Below the pieces are notes generated by a model. It was not told the origin of the DNA. It saw only the letters and a program-made list of their open reading frames with translations, and searched no databases. A stretch of 64,000 nucleotides of DNA from a bacterium (lineage in GTDB: Bacteria > Bacillota_I > Bacilli_A > RFN20 > CAG-826), in the NCBI GenBank assembly GCA_963651445.1, contig CAVJPU010000002.1, positions 18,232-82,231 on the forward strand, in the 5' to 3' direction. Numbering within the stretch: the stretch's first letter is position 1; each line of letters opens with the position of its first letter. The position numbers were made by a program, and so were the translations under genes. Below are positions 16,684 through 26,425 of this stretch, one piece after another.

Positions 16684-16709
16684 CACAAAAGACCCATAAA
16701 GGGTCTTTT
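16684..16709 (-). terminator. intrinsic terminator after regA and the small ORF
   Basis: AAAGACCC-TTTA-TGGGTCTTT is followed by TGTGC on the minus strand. Confidence 0.55.
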
Positions 16710-16713
16710 GAAG

Positions 16714-16806
16714 TTATAACATTTTTAATACGCATGCAACCATTCCTGCAATGATCACAACCATACATATCTTTACAATGGCATCTACAAAAATTATACG
16801 GTTCAT
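16714..16806 (-). CDS. 30-aa hydrophobic peptide coupled to regA (below the track threshold)
   Basis: Translation MNRIIFVDAIVKICMVVIIAGMVACVLKML. Its ATG overlaps the regA TGA (GCATGA), and the terminator follows immediately. Confidence 0.3.
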   Translation of the reverse strand: MNRIIFVDAIVKICMVVIIAGMVACVLKML

Positions 16807-17189
16807 GCGCCGCCAACAATATATTTTGATTTTAGTACCCAATCTTGTTTCTGTGCAGCTTTAATAACTCGGAAGTTATTTGTTACAGGATATTCTTCAC
16901 TAGAATATTCCACTTCACACATTCCCCAAGCTTCTAGCGTCTTTGCAATAGAGACTGTACGTTGGATATCTTCAGGACTAATATCGACAACTTTTCCATC
17001 TAGCTTCATCATGTCTTTAAAGTGGACAATATAATATTGTGGATAACCACTTAATGGATCTTGTTTCTTTAAGATGTGACAAGACTGATATAATATTTTA
17101 TCACGTTGGTTTGCAATACCCATTCGTGTTAAAGTTTCTTTGATTTTTAGAAAATCTTCTGATGTAGTAAGTTTAATAGGGATCATCAT
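16803..17189 (-). CDS. regA: translational repressor RegA
   Basis: EDFLKIKETLTRMGIANQRDKILYQSCHILKK...YYIVHFKDM closely parallels T4 RegA. Confidence 0.9.
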   Translation of the reverse strand: MMIPIKLTTSEDFLKIKETLTRMGIANQRDKILYQSCHILKKQDPLSGYPQYYIVHFKDMMKLDGKVVDISPEDIQRTVSIAKTLEAWGMCEVEYSSEEYPVTNNFRVIKAAQKQDWVLKSKYIVGGA

Positions 17190-17761
17190 AATAATTTCAA
17201 CTCTTTAATTTCTTTAGGATTTTTGGTAATAGACTTTAAAAAGTCGTCAGTTGCCAATGCTTTTGCATCTTTAAGAAATTTATTTAAATTTCCTTTATGC
17301 TCCAATAATTTTCGGTAATCATACGCGGTATTTGAATTGACTTTATAAAAGGCCATAATCAACTTAATGATGTACTGATCTTTAAAATTTTCATCTAACT
17401 TTAAAGATTTTGAAAATCGACGACCATACGGCACGCTCAAACACAAATAATTAAAATGAGCTTGATCGGGTAATCCTTGAAGAACCGTATTTGCGGTATA
17501 CACAGCCGGAATGCAATCGATATGTCTACTCAACATTGAATCAATCATAAACTTTGAGTAATCGGAAAATTGAGCAACACTCATTTCTGTTTTAGACACA
17601 TTAATGTTATTAAGGATTTTGAATAGATCTGCTTCCGGCTTTTCTTTAAATGAGTCCGCAATTAATTTAACTGCATCCCAATTTTGAGATTTCCATGCAA
17701 TGTCATTTTCTGATAAAACTTCTTCATCATCGCCAAATAAACAAATCATACGTTTACCCAT
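17186..17761 (-). CDS. 62: clamp-loader small subunit (gp62-like)
   Basis: 191 aa, positioned between 44 and regA, and coupled to regA. Confidence 0.7.
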   Translation of the reverse strand: MGKRMICLFGDDEEVLSENDIAWKSQNWDAVKLIADSFKEKPEADLFKILNNINVSKTEMSVAQFSDYSKFMIDSMLSRHIDCIPAVYTANTVLQGLPDQAHFNYLCLSVPYGRRFSKSLKLDENFKDQYIIKLIMAFYKVNSNTAYDYRKLLEHKGNLNKFLKDAKALATDDFLKSITKNPKEIKELKLL

Positions 17762-18012
17762 TCCAATTTGATTGCCGTTAGTTTAGGTAGTTGGTTTAAA
17801 ATAGTAACTACAAATCCACGAGATTCGAACGTCTGTTTTATTGAACTCACAATACCAGAATTAGCTTCTATTAATACAGTACACGACATCATACCATTCG
17901 TTGATGCCGATTTTATTTTGGCATCAATATCAAATATCAATGAATACGACCGTTGTTTTGCTAAATGGTTAGCACTATATGCTGTCATAAAATCGCTCAT
18001 TGTGCACTCCAT
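17746..18012 (-). CDS. hypothetical protein
   Basis: 88-aa ORF inserted between 44 and 62. Confidence 0.45.
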   Translation of the reverse strand: MECTMSDFMTAYSANHLAKQRSYSLIFDIDAKIKSASTNGMMSCTVLIEANSGIVSSIKQTFESRGFVVTILNQLPKLTAIKLEWVNV

Positions 18013-18305
18013 GAAATAAAAACTACCGATGTCAACTCACCCAAATTTGAATGGCTAGTCGTACCGAAAACGACTTTATAACCTAATTGTTGAAAATATG
18101 TATTAATATCGGAACGAACAGGTTTTGTTAAATGTTCGATAAAATCTATTTTTGCCGTATAAAGTCCTTCTTCAATGGCTTCGCTTATATGACTAAAAAT
18201 TATTTCGCGAATTCGAATTATTCGAACTTTTAGCTGGTTATCAATAGCCGTTTTTGTCAACTCTTTAGCCAGCTCAGCAGTAATCGGCACATTTAATGTT
18301 TTCAT
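17997..18305 (-). CDS. hypothetical protein
   Basis: 102-aa ORF inserted between 44 and 62. Confidence 0.45.
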   Translation of the reverse strand: MKTLNVPITAELAKELTKTAIDNQLKVRIIRIREIIFSHISEAIEEGLYTAKIDFIEHLTKPVRSDINTYFQQLGYKVVFGTTSHSNLGELTSVVFISWSAQ

Positions 18306-18379
18306 ATTAATTTCCTCATAAAGTTTAAATATCGATTTGATAAAGCTATTATATCAAATAGCTTTATCAATGTATATAA

Positions 18380-19351
18380 TTAATTCCACTTCATTTCTTT
18401 AAGAAGTTGGATAAACATCAACATCATGTGGATTTCGACGTTAGCCGCTAAACCGTGCATTTGATTATTTTCACCTACGATTTCGTACATTCGCAGAATC
18501 GATATTTTATTAACTCGAGTATATAACTCGGATAACAATTTCTCGATAAAGAACGGATAGTCAGGTGCATATTTTGTTGCAAGTTTTCTAAGTTCTGCAA
18601 AATCTGGATTTTGGCCATTTCCGCCTAAAGCATTGATAACGTCTTCAATAGATCCACGGTCTTCCATCACCATAGATAAGATGCCGTCATCAATAACACC
18701 TTGAGCTGAATAATGGTCCAACATGTTGACCGATTTTCGTAAGTCAGGGAAGTTTTTATTGACCAATGCCGCAATAACTTGTAGGTTATCAATTCGAATA
18801 TTTTCGTTTTCGCAAATTTTGATGCAGCGACGAATCATATCGCGTTTCATACTAATTGCATCATCGGCAGTTGCTGTTCCAAATTTGATCACATTTGCGC
18901 GAGAACGAAGTGGTTTAAGAATGCCATCTAGATTATTTGCAGTAATAATAATTGAGCAATTTTTACCATACGTATCCATAAATGAACGAAGATACCGCTG
19001 TGCTTCTGCTAATTGTGGACGGTCAAACTCGTCTAACACGATAACTTTTGGTTTACCATCAATTGATTTTGAAGATGCAAATCGAACTAATTCATTTTTG
19101 ATAAAATCAATACCACACCCAGATCCATTTACAAAGATATATTCTGCATTGATGTCATTACATAATGCCGTTGCAACAGTAGTTTTACCTGTACCAGGAG
19201 AATTAGATTGAAGAATCAAGTTAGGAATTTTGCCTTTTTTGACAAGAGCTAGAAAAATATCTTTATCCGCTTTGGGAAGAATACATTCTTCAACTGTTGT
19301 TGGACGGTATTTCAATTCGAAAATAGATGCACGAGGGTCAATAGATAACAT
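18380..19351 (-). CDS. 44: clamp-loader large subunit, AAA+ (gp44-like)
   Basis: Walker A SPGTGKTT, Walker B VIVLDEFD and an SRAN sensor block. Confidence 0.85.
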   Translation of the reverse strand: MLSIDPRASIFELKYRPTTVEECILPKADKDIFLALVKKGKIPNLILQSNSPGTGKTTVATALCNDINAEYIFVNGSGCGIDFIKNELVRFASSKSIDGKPKVIVLDEFDRPQLAEAQRYLRSFMDTYGKNCSIIITANNLDGILKPLRSRANVIKFGTATADDAISMKRDMIRRCIKICENENIRIDNLQVIAALVNKNFPDLRKSVNMLDHYSAQGVIDDGILSMVMEDRGSIEDVINALGGNGQNPDFAELRKLATKYAPDYPFFIEKLLSELYTRVNKISILRMYEIVGENNQMHGLAANVEIHMMLMFIQLLKEMKWN

Positions 19352-19380
19352 AATTATTTCTCCAAAATCATTAAAGGTTG

Positions 19381-19396
19381 TAGGGCCGAAGCCCTA
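19381..19396 (-). other. UUCG-tetraloop hairpin between genes 45 and 44
   Basis: The minus strand reads TAGGGC TTCG GCCCTA. Confidence 0.45.
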
Positions 19397-19399
19397 TTA

Positions 19400-20086
19400 T
19401 TAAAAGTTGTGTTCGGAACCATCTTCTACACTAATAACATACGCGGAATAATCATTTTCAAATCGTACCGCAAACATATCCCCATTGGCCCAAAGCTTAA
19501 CACGATAATTATCTGGACGTAACTTCAAATTCACTAAATGGATAATAAAATTAAAGTCTTTAGTATCAGAATATTCCGAAACTTCAAAAGATGATAATGG
19601 TTTTTTGAGATTTGTATCAACAGATTGTTTGTATGCGTTAACAACTACATGGCTATTTGTATTAGTAAATGTAATTACATCAGCACCAAGACCACGAGAG
19701 ATTTTGATAATTTGGTTATAATCATCACCAGAAATATTAAATTCAACTTGGGGTTCCGGGAACTTAATTCGATTTTTTGGATGAACTACCGCAGACGGAT
19801 CACATGACGGCCAATTAATTTCTGTTCGATCACCCTTAATGATAATATCATTATCTACTGTAACTTCACTATCTTCGCCAGATGCAGCTAAAATACTTAA
19901 GAATGAGTTCAAATCATAAATTGCAACGTCGAATGGAATTTCTTCACCATCTGGCAATTCAACTTCGGCATAAGTACCACCAGATGCAGATCGAGTTGTA
20001 ATAATTTTACCTGGTTTAAGATAAATGCCGGTATTAATTGTAGAAAAGTTTTTTAATGTCGAGATAAGTGTTTTAGAAAATTTCAT
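19400..20086 (-). CDS. 45: sliding clamp (gp45-like)
   Basis: 228 aa. LKNFSTINTGIYLKPG...AIYDLNSFLSIL...FNFIIHLVNLKL align along T4 gp45. Confidence 0.9.
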   Translation of the reverse strand: MKFSKTLISTLKNFSTINTGIYLKPGKIITTRSASGGTYAEVELPDGEEIPFDVAIYDLNSFLSILAASGEDSEVTVDNDIIIKGDRTEINWPSCDPSAVVHPKNRIKFPEPQVEFNISGDDYNQIIKISRGLGADVITFTNTNSHVVVNAYKQSVDTNLKKPLSSFEVSEYSDTKDFNFIIHLVNLKLRPDNYRVKLWANGDMFAVRFENDYSAYVISVEDGSEHNF

Positions 20087-20097
20087 ATTGGCTCCAA

Positions 20098-20466
20098 TTA
20101 TGCGTTGTTAGCTTCGCGATTTGCAAAACGTTCAATAAAAACTTGTGCAGCTTCGATTAAGATTAAATCAGTATCTTTACAGAAACTTTCTTCAAGACGG
20201 CTAAATCCATTAACTCGTACTGTTTTTGCACCATTATCTTTTGCGTGTTTGTTTAATTTAACTAACATGCTTGTCCAAATATCATGGACTTCCGTATCAA
20301 ACGATTTATATAATTGGGCTTTAACTGATTGAGGGAATCCACTAAATTTCGCTTTAACTTCATCAGGCATTTGAAGAGCCCAGGCTTTACGAACTCGATT
20401 ATCAGCAGATTCTCCACGTGAATGTTTAGGTTGCAAGTCATTAACAGTGATGTCTTTAAAAATCAT
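20098..20466 (-). CDS. rpbA: RNA-polymerase-binding protein RpbA-like (positional)
   Basis: 122 aa immediately after gene 45, as in T4. Confidence 0.4.
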   Translation of the reverse strand: MIFKDITVNDLQPKHSRGESADNRVRKAWALQMPDEVKAKFSGFPQSVKAQLYKSFDTEVHDIWTSMLVKLNKHAKDNGAKTVRVNGFSRLEESFCKDTDLILIEAAQVFIERFANREANNA

Positions 20467-20532
20467 AATATTTACCTTGATAACATTTGGTATGTGAATA
20501 TAATACTAAACTTAATTTAAAGCATTTGGTTA

Positions 20533-20715
20533 TTAATTATTTTCTATTAATAACCATGCGGCGTTTCTACCGGCTTTGATCTTATTAATCTCTTCTTCAG
20601 AGAAGGCCTTTAGTAACATTGCATCTGTTACTAAATTTTCTTCATTTGAGTAAAGATTGATTAATGTCCATGTCTTTAATTCAGGATAAGTCTCTAAATC
20701 ATTGAATACGTCCAT
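20533..20715 (-). CDS. hypothetical protein
   Basis: 60-aa ORF. Confidence 0.4.
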   Translation of the reverse strand: MDVFNDLETYPELKTWTLINLYSNEENLVTDAMLLKAFSEEEINKIKAGRNAAWLLIENN

Positions 20716-20726
20716 TATATACCTCT

Positions 20727-20927
20727 TTAATTAATGCATACAACTTTTTTACCGTCAGAATCAAACATACGTTCAGATTTTGACCAGCATTGTACTGTTG
20801 GTGTGAATCGAATTACGTCTACGAAATTACCTTCATCATCTGCAGAGTACACCACGTCATAATTAAGTGTTTCTGGGTGGTTTTCGGATAATTTCGTTAG
20901 ATGTTTAATTAATGTTTTTAGCTTCAT
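20727..20927 (-). CDS. hypothetical protein
   Basis: ATG at 20927 (MKLKTLIKHL) forms an ATGA overlap with the gene 46 stop. Confidence 0.45.
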   Translation of the reverse strand: MKLKTLIKHLTKLSENHPETLNYDVVYSADDEGNFVDVIRFTPTVQCWSKSERMFDSDGKKVVCIN

Positions 20928-22612
20928 TTGTTTGCCTCCATTGTTGTAAATCGACCAACTTTTCGCATACGTAACCATTGTCCGTAATCTTCTGGATTAT
21001 GATCTCTATGGCTAATAATGAATATATTAGCTTCTGGCATCGTATTGAGCACCGATGAAATATTCTTTGCACCTTGTGCATCCATCGCCGAGTCATAAAT
21101 CTCGTCTAAGAATAGACAGGATATTTTAACACCAGAAAGTTTTTCGGCAATGTCTCGCCAAGTAAACATTAGCGCCAAATCAATTCGACCTTTTTCTCCT
21201 TGAGAAAACGATGTGTATGAAAAATCTTCTTTACCACGAGATTTTATAGTTTCATTAAACTCTTCGTTTAATTCGAATGAATAGTCTGCTTCTAAAAGAT
21301 TTAGATAATGATTGATTTGTTTATTAAAAATGGGAAGGTACCGTTTAATAATAGAACCCTTTATCCCGCTATCCTTTAGCATTTCATTTATTAAAGATCG
21401 ACGATGCTTTTCCATAACCAACTCTGACTTTTTGGAAATACTATCGTTTAATGTATCTTTTAACATTGAGATTTCTTCAGAATTGTCAACAAATTCTTTG
21501 GATGCCTCGGCCAATGCCGAATTGATTGTACCTATTCGGTCAACTTGCTGTACTGCTAATTGGCGATTTGTAGCAATTTGATTTTCGTATTTTCTAATTT
21601 CTTCTTTTGCGTTTAGATGTGCTACTTTCCGAGAATGTATATCCGCGTGCAAGTCCTTTAATCTAGAATGCTCTGCTTCTAGTCTTGCTCTGGATTCTTC
21701 GATTTTATTAACCAAAGACTCATCTGAAAGTTGTTGCAAGCATGTTGGACATGAGCCACCTTTTTGGTATAACGTCAACACTCTAACAGTTTGGTTTAAT
21801 TCGCCTTCTGATTGTACTACTAATCTATGAGAATTATGAGATTCTTCAGAAACGTCTTCGCCAACATCAACCGATAATATTTTATCATTTAACACTTTAT
21901 TGTTGGCTTTTATTTTAGCAATTTCATCCAAAGCAACTTGTTTCATTGCTTCTAATCGGCCTATGTTATCACCAGACAATTTTCGTTGACGTTCGGCGTA
22001 ATTCAGGTGGGTCTCGATCTGTGTTTGGGTATGATTAATAGATTGATCAATTAGAGATACCGATGTATTGATATCTTTGACTGCCGCTTTGTTAAGTTTG
22101 TCCATATCAGCCAAAACAGTAACGTCCAGCAAATCTTCAACTAATTTTCGTCTATTTGCAGCTGTTAAACCCATAAATGGTGTATATCCTGCTGTCCCTA
22201 GAACAACGACTTGCTTATATGAATTATAATTCATACCGATCATTTGCTCAAATTCTGTTTGGAAATCTTTAGACGATGCGGCCACATCCAAAGGCTCGTC
22301 GTCCTTTAAGACTTCAAACACATTTGGTTTTATACCACGTTTGATATAGTATGTACTATTATTATAGTCTAACCATAGTTCTACCAAAAGATTTTTCTTC
22401 GTATCCGTATTAAGAAGTTGCCCTTTCTTAATATCACGAAATGACTTACCGAATAGTGCAAATGTTATTGCTTCAAGCATAGTTGATTTACCAGCACCAT
22501 TAGTACCGGTAATTAGTGTTTTATGGACAGCCGACAGCTCAATGTCAATTGGTGAATCACCTACCGACATAATATTTTTGTACTTTACGCGATTGAGTTT
22601 AAATGTTTTCAT
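20924..22612 (-). CDS. 46: recombination nuclease subunit, Rad50/SbcC-like ATPase (gp46-like)
   Basis: Walker A GTNGAGKST, a long coiled coil with a CPTC zinc hook, and a C-terminal FLDEIYD Walker B. Confidence 0.85.
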   Translation of the reverse strand: MKTFKLNRVKYKNIMSVGDSPIDIELSAVHKTLITGTNGAGKSTMLEAITFALFGKSFRDIKKGQLLNTDTKKNLLVELWLDYNNSTYYIKRGIKPNVFEVLKDDEPLDVAASSKDFQTEFEQMIGMNYNSYKQVVVLGTAGYTPFMGLTAANRRKLVEDLLDVTVLADMDKLNKAAVKDINTSVSLIDQSINHTQTQIETHLNYAERQRKLSGDNIGRLEAMKQVALDEIAKIKANNKVLNDKILSVDVGEDVSEESHNSHRLVVQSEGELNQTVRVLTLYQKGGSCPTCLQQLSDESLVNKIEESRARLEAEHSRLKDLHADIHSRKVAHLNAKEEIRKYENQIATNRQLAVQQVDRIGTINSALAEASKEFVDNSEEISMLKDTLNDSISKKSELVMEKHRRSLINEMLKDSGIKGSIIKRYLPIFNKQINHYLNLLEADYSFELNEEFNETIKSRGKEDFSYTSFSQGEKGRIDLALMFTWRDIAEKLSGVKISCLFLDEIYDSAMDAQGAKNISSVLNTMPEANIFIISHRDHNPEDYGQWLRMRKVGRFTTMEANK

Positions 22613-23109
22613 TTTGATTCCAATTGTCTACGATTCATTATCTCTCTAATTTCGAAAAGCGAGATTGGCTTATAGTCAATATTTTCTAATGACGCGTTAA
22701 AATATCTTGGGTCATTAATAGACTGATAATGCACATGGCCATGGATATTCACTTTACCTCTAAGTTCGTCAGGATGCATTGGTGCATGTGATAGCCAAAA
22801 TTCTTTATATTTTAGTAATGCATACACCTCATCAAATACATCACACAACTGCTTCATGTCAAGAGAATCCGTATCATGATTACCGCAAATAAGAACTTTT
22901 TGGCCAGGCCAGTCTTTGATTTCTTTTGCTCTATCTAGACTAAAAACGGCATCGCCCATAAAGAAGCATTTGTCACGCTTCGTCACACGTTTAAAATATT
23001 CATTTTTAACATATTGGAAATGCTCATCTTCTGATTTAAATTGCGTTCTATATTTTGCAATAGATTTATGGCCTGCATGGAGATCGCCCAAAAATAATAC
23101 GTTACTCAT
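22609..23109 (-). CDS. small metallophosphoesterase (calcineurin-like)
   Basis: Contains GDLHAGH, GDAVF, GNHD and HGHVH motifs. 166 aa. Confidence 0.6.
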   Translation of the reverse strand: MSNVLFLGDLHAGHKSIAKYRTQFKSEDEHFQYVKNEYFKRVTKRDKCFFMGDAVFSLDRAKEIKDWPGQKVLICGNHDTDSLDMKQLCDVFDEVYALLKYKEFWLSHAPMHPDELRGKVNIHGHVHYQSINDPRYFNASLENIDYKPISLFEIREIMNRRQLESK

Positions 23110-23534
23110 AATAAACCTCGTGATCTCAGGTATTCGCTTACTTCGGAAAGTTCTTCAGGCGTGCCAAATTTTAAAAGGCCCTTTGAACGCCTGACCAATG
23201 AAGAAATATGTAAATACTCTTCATTATTTTTATCTGACAAAATGTCAACGGTCTTGTACCTATTAGTTATAACTTCATATGAGTTGCCGCCAACGCCTCT
23301 ACAATGGAGAATTTGTACAATTGACACTGGCTCATATATTGCTCTAATAGCCTTTCTTGCATATTTTGCCAATTCGCCCAATGTAAATTTATATGGGCTT
23401 TCTTTTCCTGACAAAGTTATACGATCATTATTAGGAATTTCTGATTGAACTGCGATAACTTCGCCGGTTTCTGTTTTAAAAATAACAAGATCGAACGGCC
23501 TAGAGGTCCGAGTGGTATAACCTACAATATTCAT
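23106..23534 (-). CDS. hypothetical protein
   Basis: 142-aa ORF coupled to its neighbours. Confidence 0.5.
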   Translation of the reverse strand: MNIVGYTTRTSRPFDLVIFKTETGEVIAVQSEIPNNDRITLSGKESPYKFTLGELAKYARKAIRAIYEPVSIVQILHCRGVGGNSYEVITNRYKTVDILSDKNNEEYLHISSLVRRSKGLLKFGTPEELSEVSEYLRSRGLL

Positions 23535-24544
23535 TTCGACGCCTCTAAATATAACATTTTAGAAAGTGATTGGGTCAATTCAACTTCTTCACTTGTTAAA
23601 TCGGGCAAAGCAGAAATGTATTCGTCGATTAATTCCGGTAGCGATTTTAACTCATCATTCTCTTCTTCGACTTCTTCAACAGTTTTATCGACTTTGTTGA
23701 TAACTTTAAGCTCATGGACAACCGATTCTAATGCAGTTTCGACTTTTGCCAAGTCCGCATTGACTTTTGTTACCACCAACCGAACTGAAAGATTTCTATA
23801 CAACTCAGGATTAATAGATGACGGGAATATGATTCGTCTATGCCACATGGTCTCATTAGAAATGAATGTTGATTCGTGGGTTTTTGTATCGAAGACCCAA
23901 AATCCACGCTCGTCGTTTTCATCGCCAGCAGTTAATGTCCAAGGTGTTCCAATAAATTTAATATGACGATTTTCGGAAATTGTATGGAAATGGCCGGACC
24001 AAACTTGTTTATACTTTACTAAGAACGCCGGATCGGAACCATGAGATTTCATACCTTTATAGAAATAAAACCCATCTAACTCAAAGTGACCAAGACAATA
24101 AGGTGATTTTGATGATTTAATAAATGAATGGATAAGGTCAGAATTGTCATCACAAATCCATGGTATCATATCAATATCTACACCGTCAAATGTAAGTGTT
24201 GTCGGAGAATCTATTACAACAAAATTTTTAAATTGTGTCAAAAGCTCCGAACAGGCATTAGGACTTAATTTGTTTTTAAATGTAGCATCGTGATTACCAA
24301 CAATAACGTAAACGGTAATCCCGGCTTCTGCAATTTCTGTACAAATTAGCCGATTGAATTCCATAGTTTTATGCGTAATCGCCTTACGAACATCGAACCA
24401 ATCACCTGCTTGCAGCCAACTAGTTATCCCTAATTCCTTTGACAATTTTATTGCTTGGCGAATTCCGTCTAATTGGATATTTTGTACCCATGGATCATCT
24501 TGCTTTACACCTATATGCAAGTCACCTAATTTTAAAAGCTTCAT
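23531..24544 (-). CDS. 47: recombination nuclease subunit, Mre11/SbcD-like (gp47-like)
   Basis: Contains GDLHIG, GDWFD, VGNHD and SGHFH motifs. 337 aa. Confidence 0.85.
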   Translation of the reverse strand: MKLLKLGDLHIGVKQDDPWVQNIQLDGIRQAIKLSKELGITSWLQAGDWFDVRKAITHKTMEFNRLICTEIAEAGITVYVIVGNHDATFKNKLSPNACSELLTQFKNFVVIDSPTTLTFDGVDIDMIPWICDDNSDLIHSFIKSSKSPYCLGHFELDGFYFYKGMKSHGSDPAFLVKYKQVWSGHFHTISENRHIKFIGTPWTLTAGDENDERGFWVFDTKTHESTFISNETMWHRRIIFPSSINPELYRNLSVRLVVTKVNADLAKVETALESVVHELKVINKVDKTVEEVEEENDELKSLPELIDEYISALPDLTSEEVELTQSLSKMLYLEASK

Positions 24545-24594
24545 TTCAATATCTCTAATACGATTTAATACATTTTAATCCATATTTTAAAAAG

Positions 24595-24620
24595 CAAAAA
24601 AGGGACTCAATTGAGTCCCA
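24595..24620 (-). terminator. intrinsic terminator
   Basis: GGGACTCA/TGAGTCCC is followed by TTTTTTGC on the minus strand. Confidence 0.65.
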
Positions 24621-24625
24621 TAAAA

Positions 24626-25018
24626 TTATTTTTTGTTAGCATTTAACTCGGCTGAAATTGATTTACAAATATCAAACAATGCTCCTCGTGAAGAATTCCA
24701 CATGGATTTAATCAAATCGTCATTGTATGGTTGACGATAGAATTTACGTAATTTTTTAATGGCGTATGAATAGCCTTCAAAATTATTTTCTTCTAAGCAT
24801 TTCCCGGCATGGGTCTTTAGTCGATCAAGTTCTCGTTTATTGGCTTTGATAAGTTTATCAGCTTGTTTACGAGCATCTAATTCGATTTTTCGTTGATATT
24901 CTTCAGCATCAAATTCATCAGCTAGACCGCCATTTGATTCATCTTCTAAATATTCTTCAACTTCATGTTCCCATTGAGATTCAGCTTCAATGAATTTTTG
25001 TTCGATATTGGTTTCCAT
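24626..25018 (-). CDS. hypothetical charged coiled-coil protein
   Basis: 130-aa ORF sitting where T4 has alpha-gt and the 47.1 region. Confidence 0.5.
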   Translation of the reverse strand: METNIEQKFIEAESQWEHEVEEYLEDESNGGLADEFDAEEYQRKIELDARKQADKLIKANKRELDRLKTHAGKCLEENNFEGYSYAIKKLRKFYRQPYNDDLIKSMWNSSRGALFDICKSISAELNANKK

Positions 25019-25163
25019 AATTTATTCCTGCTTAATTACTAGAGATAGCCCAGAATCATCTAAATTGAACGAATAATCCCAAGCCGTATCAGATGTATAA
25101 AAAATTATGTTTACATCATCATTTATTGTGTTGTGACAATCTTCATTTAATAGGTGAGTAAGA

Positions 25164-25697
25164 TCAAGTTGTCTCTCCATACATAAATTCCAATAAATTT
25201 ACTTCACCAGACTTATCATCTTTTTGTTTTGCCTTAGTAGAAGTTTCGTATTGTGTCATTTTATCGTAGATATCCTGGATAAAGTTTTCATCTGCAATTG
25301 ATGCCATTTCCGGGTCACGCGAGTCATACACATTATGGATAAAAAAGCTATATTTTACTGCTGTTTGTTTACGTTCCTTTTTGATCCGTTGAACGAAAGC
25401 ATTAAAACAAATCATAGTAATATATGCATGTGGATTATTAAAACGAGTCTCGTCGAAGTTGATTAATCCTTTAATTGCAGCCTCAACGCCGTCACCAATC
25501 ATTTCTTCTTTCCAGGCAGGTGTATATCCAGAAAATTTAAAATATTTAGAAAGTCCACTTGATATTAGCATAATTGCTCGACCAATATCATCGTTTTGTT
25601 TAACTACAGTGCCGGCGAGTCTACACTCGTCTTTCCAGGTTTTGATAGCTTCATAAAGCTTTTTGTTATCAACATAATCATTTCGGGTTTCTGACAT
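25164..25697 (-). CDS. 55: late-transcription sigma factor gp55
   Basis: [26 protein letters not shown]...[21 protein letters not shown]...[13 protein letters not shown] closely parallels T4 gp55. Confidence 0.9.
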   Translation of the reverse strand: MSETRNDYVDNKKLYEAIKTWKDECRLAGTVVKQNDDIGRAIMLISSGLSKYFKFSGYTPAWKEEMIGDGVEAAIKGLINFDETRFNNPHAYITMICFNAFVQRIKKERKQTAVKYSFFIHNVYDSRDPEMASIADENFIQDIYDKMTQYETSTKAKQKDDKSGEVNLLEFMYGETT

Positions 25698-25756
25698 AAT
25701 ATTCTCCTTATGATAATTATAAACTTAAGACCATGAAGCATATAAAATATTTATAT

Positions 25757-26062
25757 CTATTCAACATATTCTAATCTATCGCACTTAAATAGAAGTTCAG
25801 CAATAATTCGTTTAGGTGTTTCTTTTGGGAACAAGTATAAATCTGGAATACTAGTAGGCCCAGAAATAGTGGCATGGGTTACAGTTTCTTCTGCATTATT
25901 GACTAAAACTAGACCCTTATGGTCATTGACTAGCTCTACTACAATAATAGCACCAATTGGATATTCTTTAGCCACGGTTTTTCGAATAAAAATACCTTTG
26001 CTAATTAGTTTAGTCCCAAGAATGTTGTACGTTCCTGGTTTCAAATCGTATAAATCAATCAT
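25757..26062 (-). CDS. hypothetical protein
   Basis: 101-aa ORF. Confidence 0.5.
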   Translation of the reverse strand: MIDLYDLKPGTYNILGTKLISKGIFIRKTVAKEYPIGAIIVVELVNDHKGLVLVNNAEETVTHATISGPTSIPDLYLFPKETPKRIIAELLFKCDRLEYVE

Positions 26063-26113
26063 AATATTTCTCGTCGTAAAAATACAATTATACTGCTATT
26101 TTAGTAATGCGTA

Positions 26114-26140
26114 AACAAAAAAAATGGGGCTCTGCCCCAT
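26114..26140 (-). terminator. intrinsic terminator
   Basis: ATGGGGC/GCCCCAT is followed by a T-run of about 8 on the minus strand. Confidence 0.65.
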
Positions 26141-26418
26141 TAAATTCCAAATTTAGATTCCATCATGGCTTTAAAGTCCGAAAATCGTATTTGCTGACCA
26201 TTGATAAAAATATATGGTAAGACCATTCTTGATACAGGAATTTTACGATTTAATTCCTTGAAGAGGACTTCATCGCGTTCCGGAAAACCTTTTTCGTTTA
26301 GTTTAACTATTCGTTTGAATGTGAACCCTAGACCCGCTTCGTTTAGCATACGCTTGACCATATCACAGCCCGGACATTTGTATGTTTCTTCTTCTATACC
26401 ATAAATCTCAATGTTCAT
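26140..26418 (-). CDS. glutaredoxin/thioredoxin-fold protein (NrdC-like)
   Basis: 92 aa with a CPGC active-site motif after the first beta strand (IEIYG...YKCPGCDMVKRML). Confidence 0.6.
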   Translation of the reverse strand: MNIEIYGIEEETYKCPGCDMVKRMLNEAGLGFTFKRIVKLNEKGFPERDEVLFKELNRKIPVSRMVLPYIFINGQQIRFSDFKAMMESKFGI

Positions 26419-26425
26419 AATTTTC

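Noticed and set aside
18723-19211. Long antisense ORFs inside confident genes: 18723..19211 (+), 23445..23966 (+), 27292..27789 (+), 35445..35825 (+), 51635..52006 (-), 62022..62375 (-) and many shorter ones.
   Set aside because: They lie opposite well-supported coding regions (gp44, gp47, paralogue genes, a membrane protein, gp5.1, gp12). They have low-complexity Ser/Leu/Ile-rich translations typical of shadow frames, and no start signals.
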